A stretch of DNA of 60,691 bases, counting the filler. It is 7 parts of 7 records of this genome, joined end to end, with 100 filler letters (N's around TTAATTAATTAA, not from the genome) between each part and the next. Parts side by side here need not be neighbours in the genome. Positions count along the whole stretch, not along the records: positions 53,746 to 60,691 come from SRR31156797_34469; 6 more parts are not named here. One strand, written 5' to 3'. The translations under genes were made by a program, and so were the position numbers. The stretch's first letter is position 1. Each line of letters opens with the position of its first letter. Positions 59,299-60,691 of the stretch are shown here, one piece after another. The notes beneath the pieces are model-generated. The model was given only the letters and a program-made list of their open reading frames with translations, was not told where the DNA came from and searched no databases.

Positions 59299-59716
59299 TG
59301 CGATCTTTCTCCACGGGAACTTCCGGCCGGTCTTTTTCTTCAGCATCTTTTAAGGACGGCGCTTTTTCGCCCTCCGTTGAAGAAGGGGACTTTTCCTGGT
59401 GATAAGCATCCAGCATTTCGTCATAGTCTTCAAATTCAGGCGTTTTTTCCTTCGTAGCCGCCATCCTCTTTGAATCCGCTGTCTTTTTCAAATCCGTTGG
59501 TTCATCCAGGCCGCTGACAGCATCCACCAGATCCTCACGGGCTTCTTTGAGGTCTTCATCCAGATTCAAACCTTCTTTGATTTCCGTGGTTGCCTTCTTG
59601 AATTCAGACAATCCTTTCCCCAAGGCTTTGGCCAGATCGGGAAGCTTCTTGGGTCCGATAACGACCAGGGCGATCACCAGAATGATAATTAATTCAGGCA
59701 TGCCGATACCAAACAT
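59291..59716 (-). CDS. tatB: Twin-arginine translocase TatA/TatB family subunit
   Basis: MFGIGMPEL..I..IALVVIGPKKLP with a long charged tail. Confidence 0.85.
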   Translation of the reverse strand: MFGIGMPELIIILVIALVVIGPKKLPDLAKALGKGLSEFKKATTEIKEGLNLDEDLKEAREDLVDAVSGLDEPTDLKKTADSKRMAATKEKTPEFEDYDEMLDAYHQEKSPSSTEGEKAPSLKDAEEKDRPEVPVEKDRNG

Positions 59717-59807
59717 TTTTTCCTCCATATGTCAGTCTAACAATGACCGGCGGCCCATGCTCGAATATAAGGGGGCCGGGACAATTTGCGCCGATTTCAA
59801 GGCGCCA

Positions 59808-60290
59808 TTACAATTGAATCATCAGGGCGGTTTCATCGCAATCGGGAAATTTGGGGCATTTCAGACAATCCGCCCATATTTTGTGGGGAAGACAAGATTT
59901 GTCAACCTCATAAAACCCTCTTTTAACGAAAAACTCGGGGACATAGGTTAAGGTAAACACCTTGTTAAGCCCCAGTGAAACAGCCTCGGCCAGGCATGCA
60001 TCCACAAGCTTCCGACCCAACCCCTGTCCCTGGAATGTTTCAACAACGGCCAGCGATTCAATTTCCGCCAGGTCTTTCCAGCATATCCCTAAACCGCAGA
60101 CCCCTTGAATAGGTTCACCCGGTACCGTTTCCAGAACAAAATAGGCGCGCAAGTGCTCATAAAGTTCGCTGAGAGGCCTGGGCAACAACCGTCCTTCCGC
60201 AGCAAAGGTATTCAAGATATCATGAATCGGTTCAACATCCTCAATAACCGCTTTTCTCACAAGCGGATATTCATGCTTGTCATATACCAC
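59808..60290 (-). CDS. GNAT N-acetyltransferase, short ArgA-like
   Basis: LLPR.LSELYE, W.DLAEI.SLAV, VFTLTY.P.FF, LPHKIW.DC.KC.KF..CDE.A. Confidence 0.88.
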   Translation of the reverse strand: MVYDKHEYPLVRKAVIEDVEPIHDILNTFAAEGRLLPRPLSELYEHLRAYFVLETVPGEPIQGVCGLGICWKDLAEIESLAVVETFQGQGLGRKLVDACLAEAVSLGLNKVFTLTYVPEFFVKRGFYEVDKSCLPHKIWADCLKCPKFPDCDETALMIQL

Positions 60291-60336
60291 AATCTATTCC
60301 TTCTTGTCAGCATTTGCCCAAATTAGTGAAAAGCCA

Positions 60337-60691
60337 TTATTGACGGTTAACCTTTTGAACAAAACCTTTCAAATGTTCATTTTCAGCCAGTTTTCGCTGT
60401 ATGTCCACTGCTTCCGCTCTGGTTTTAAATGTGCCGCATCGTACCCGGAAATAACTCCGACCTTTGATGAAAATTTTGTAATGATAAGCTGAGTATCCTT
60501 TCTTCACCAGTCGGTTGACCATATCAAGAGCCTGTTTTTCGCGATCCAGGGAAGCCACCTGAACCACATAAAGCCCTGAATCCGGTGATGGCGGACTCGG
60601 TTCTTTTGCACTGTCCGAGGTGGCACTTTTATGTTCGAGACTTTTTTCCGGCAACTCTTTACGAGAGGAAACCACCGGCGCTTTTTTTTTT
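60337..60691 (-). CDS. SPOR-domain protein (5' truncated)
   Basis: YVVQVASL, L..KGY.AY, FRVR.G.F. Confidence 0.85.
   Translation of the reverse strand, partial: KKKAPVVSSRKELPEKSLEHKSATSDSAKEPSPPSPDSGLYVVQVASLDREKQALDMVNRLVKKGYSAYHYKIFIKGRSYFRVRCGTFKTRAEAVDIQRKLAENEHLKGFVQKVNRQ

Overview
This window is not one locus. It is seven unrelated contigs joined by identical 100-bp artificial linkers (N-run + TTAATTAATTAA + N-run), so synteny only holds inside each block. (1) 1-8742, alphaproteobacterial-like island edge: truncated tRNA-Met (att-like), oriT-like palindrome, LysR, decayed IS110, MarC, GH3 beta-glucosidase and a sugar ABC operon. (2) 8843-20462, AT-rich siphophage head-to-tail module (Firmicutes-type gene order) with two small genes missed by the ORF track. 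(3) 20563-26694, deltaproteobacterial-like chemosensory operon (cheW-cheW-cheB-X-cheY-cheC-cheC) where X is a PilB/GspE ATPase fused to a double zinc ribbon and an intact receiver domain; heptamer microrepeats sit at the gene junctions. (4) 26795-32371, QueG-like fragment, BamA/TamA-like protein and a His-rich FtsX/MacB-type ABC system beside a ZnuA-like protein. (5) 32472-42358, a TSUP transporter behind a Cys/Trp leader peptide and RBS-sequestering hairpin, then a phosphate-scavenging-like cluster (phytase-like lipoprotein, exported CYTH protein, OprO/P porin) holding two paralogous uncharacterised genes. (6) 42459-53645, spirochaete-like block with a probable ATT-start gene, frameshifted radical SAM gene, carbonic anhydrase, two-component system and sugar ABC operon. 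(7) 53746-60691, grpE-dnaK-lpoA-like, tatC-tatB, argA-like and SPOR genes. Best novelty candidates: the che-embedded PilB-REC fusion, the TSUP leader switch and the CYTH/paralog phosphate cluster. All family and taxon calls come from motif recognition by eye, not database searches.
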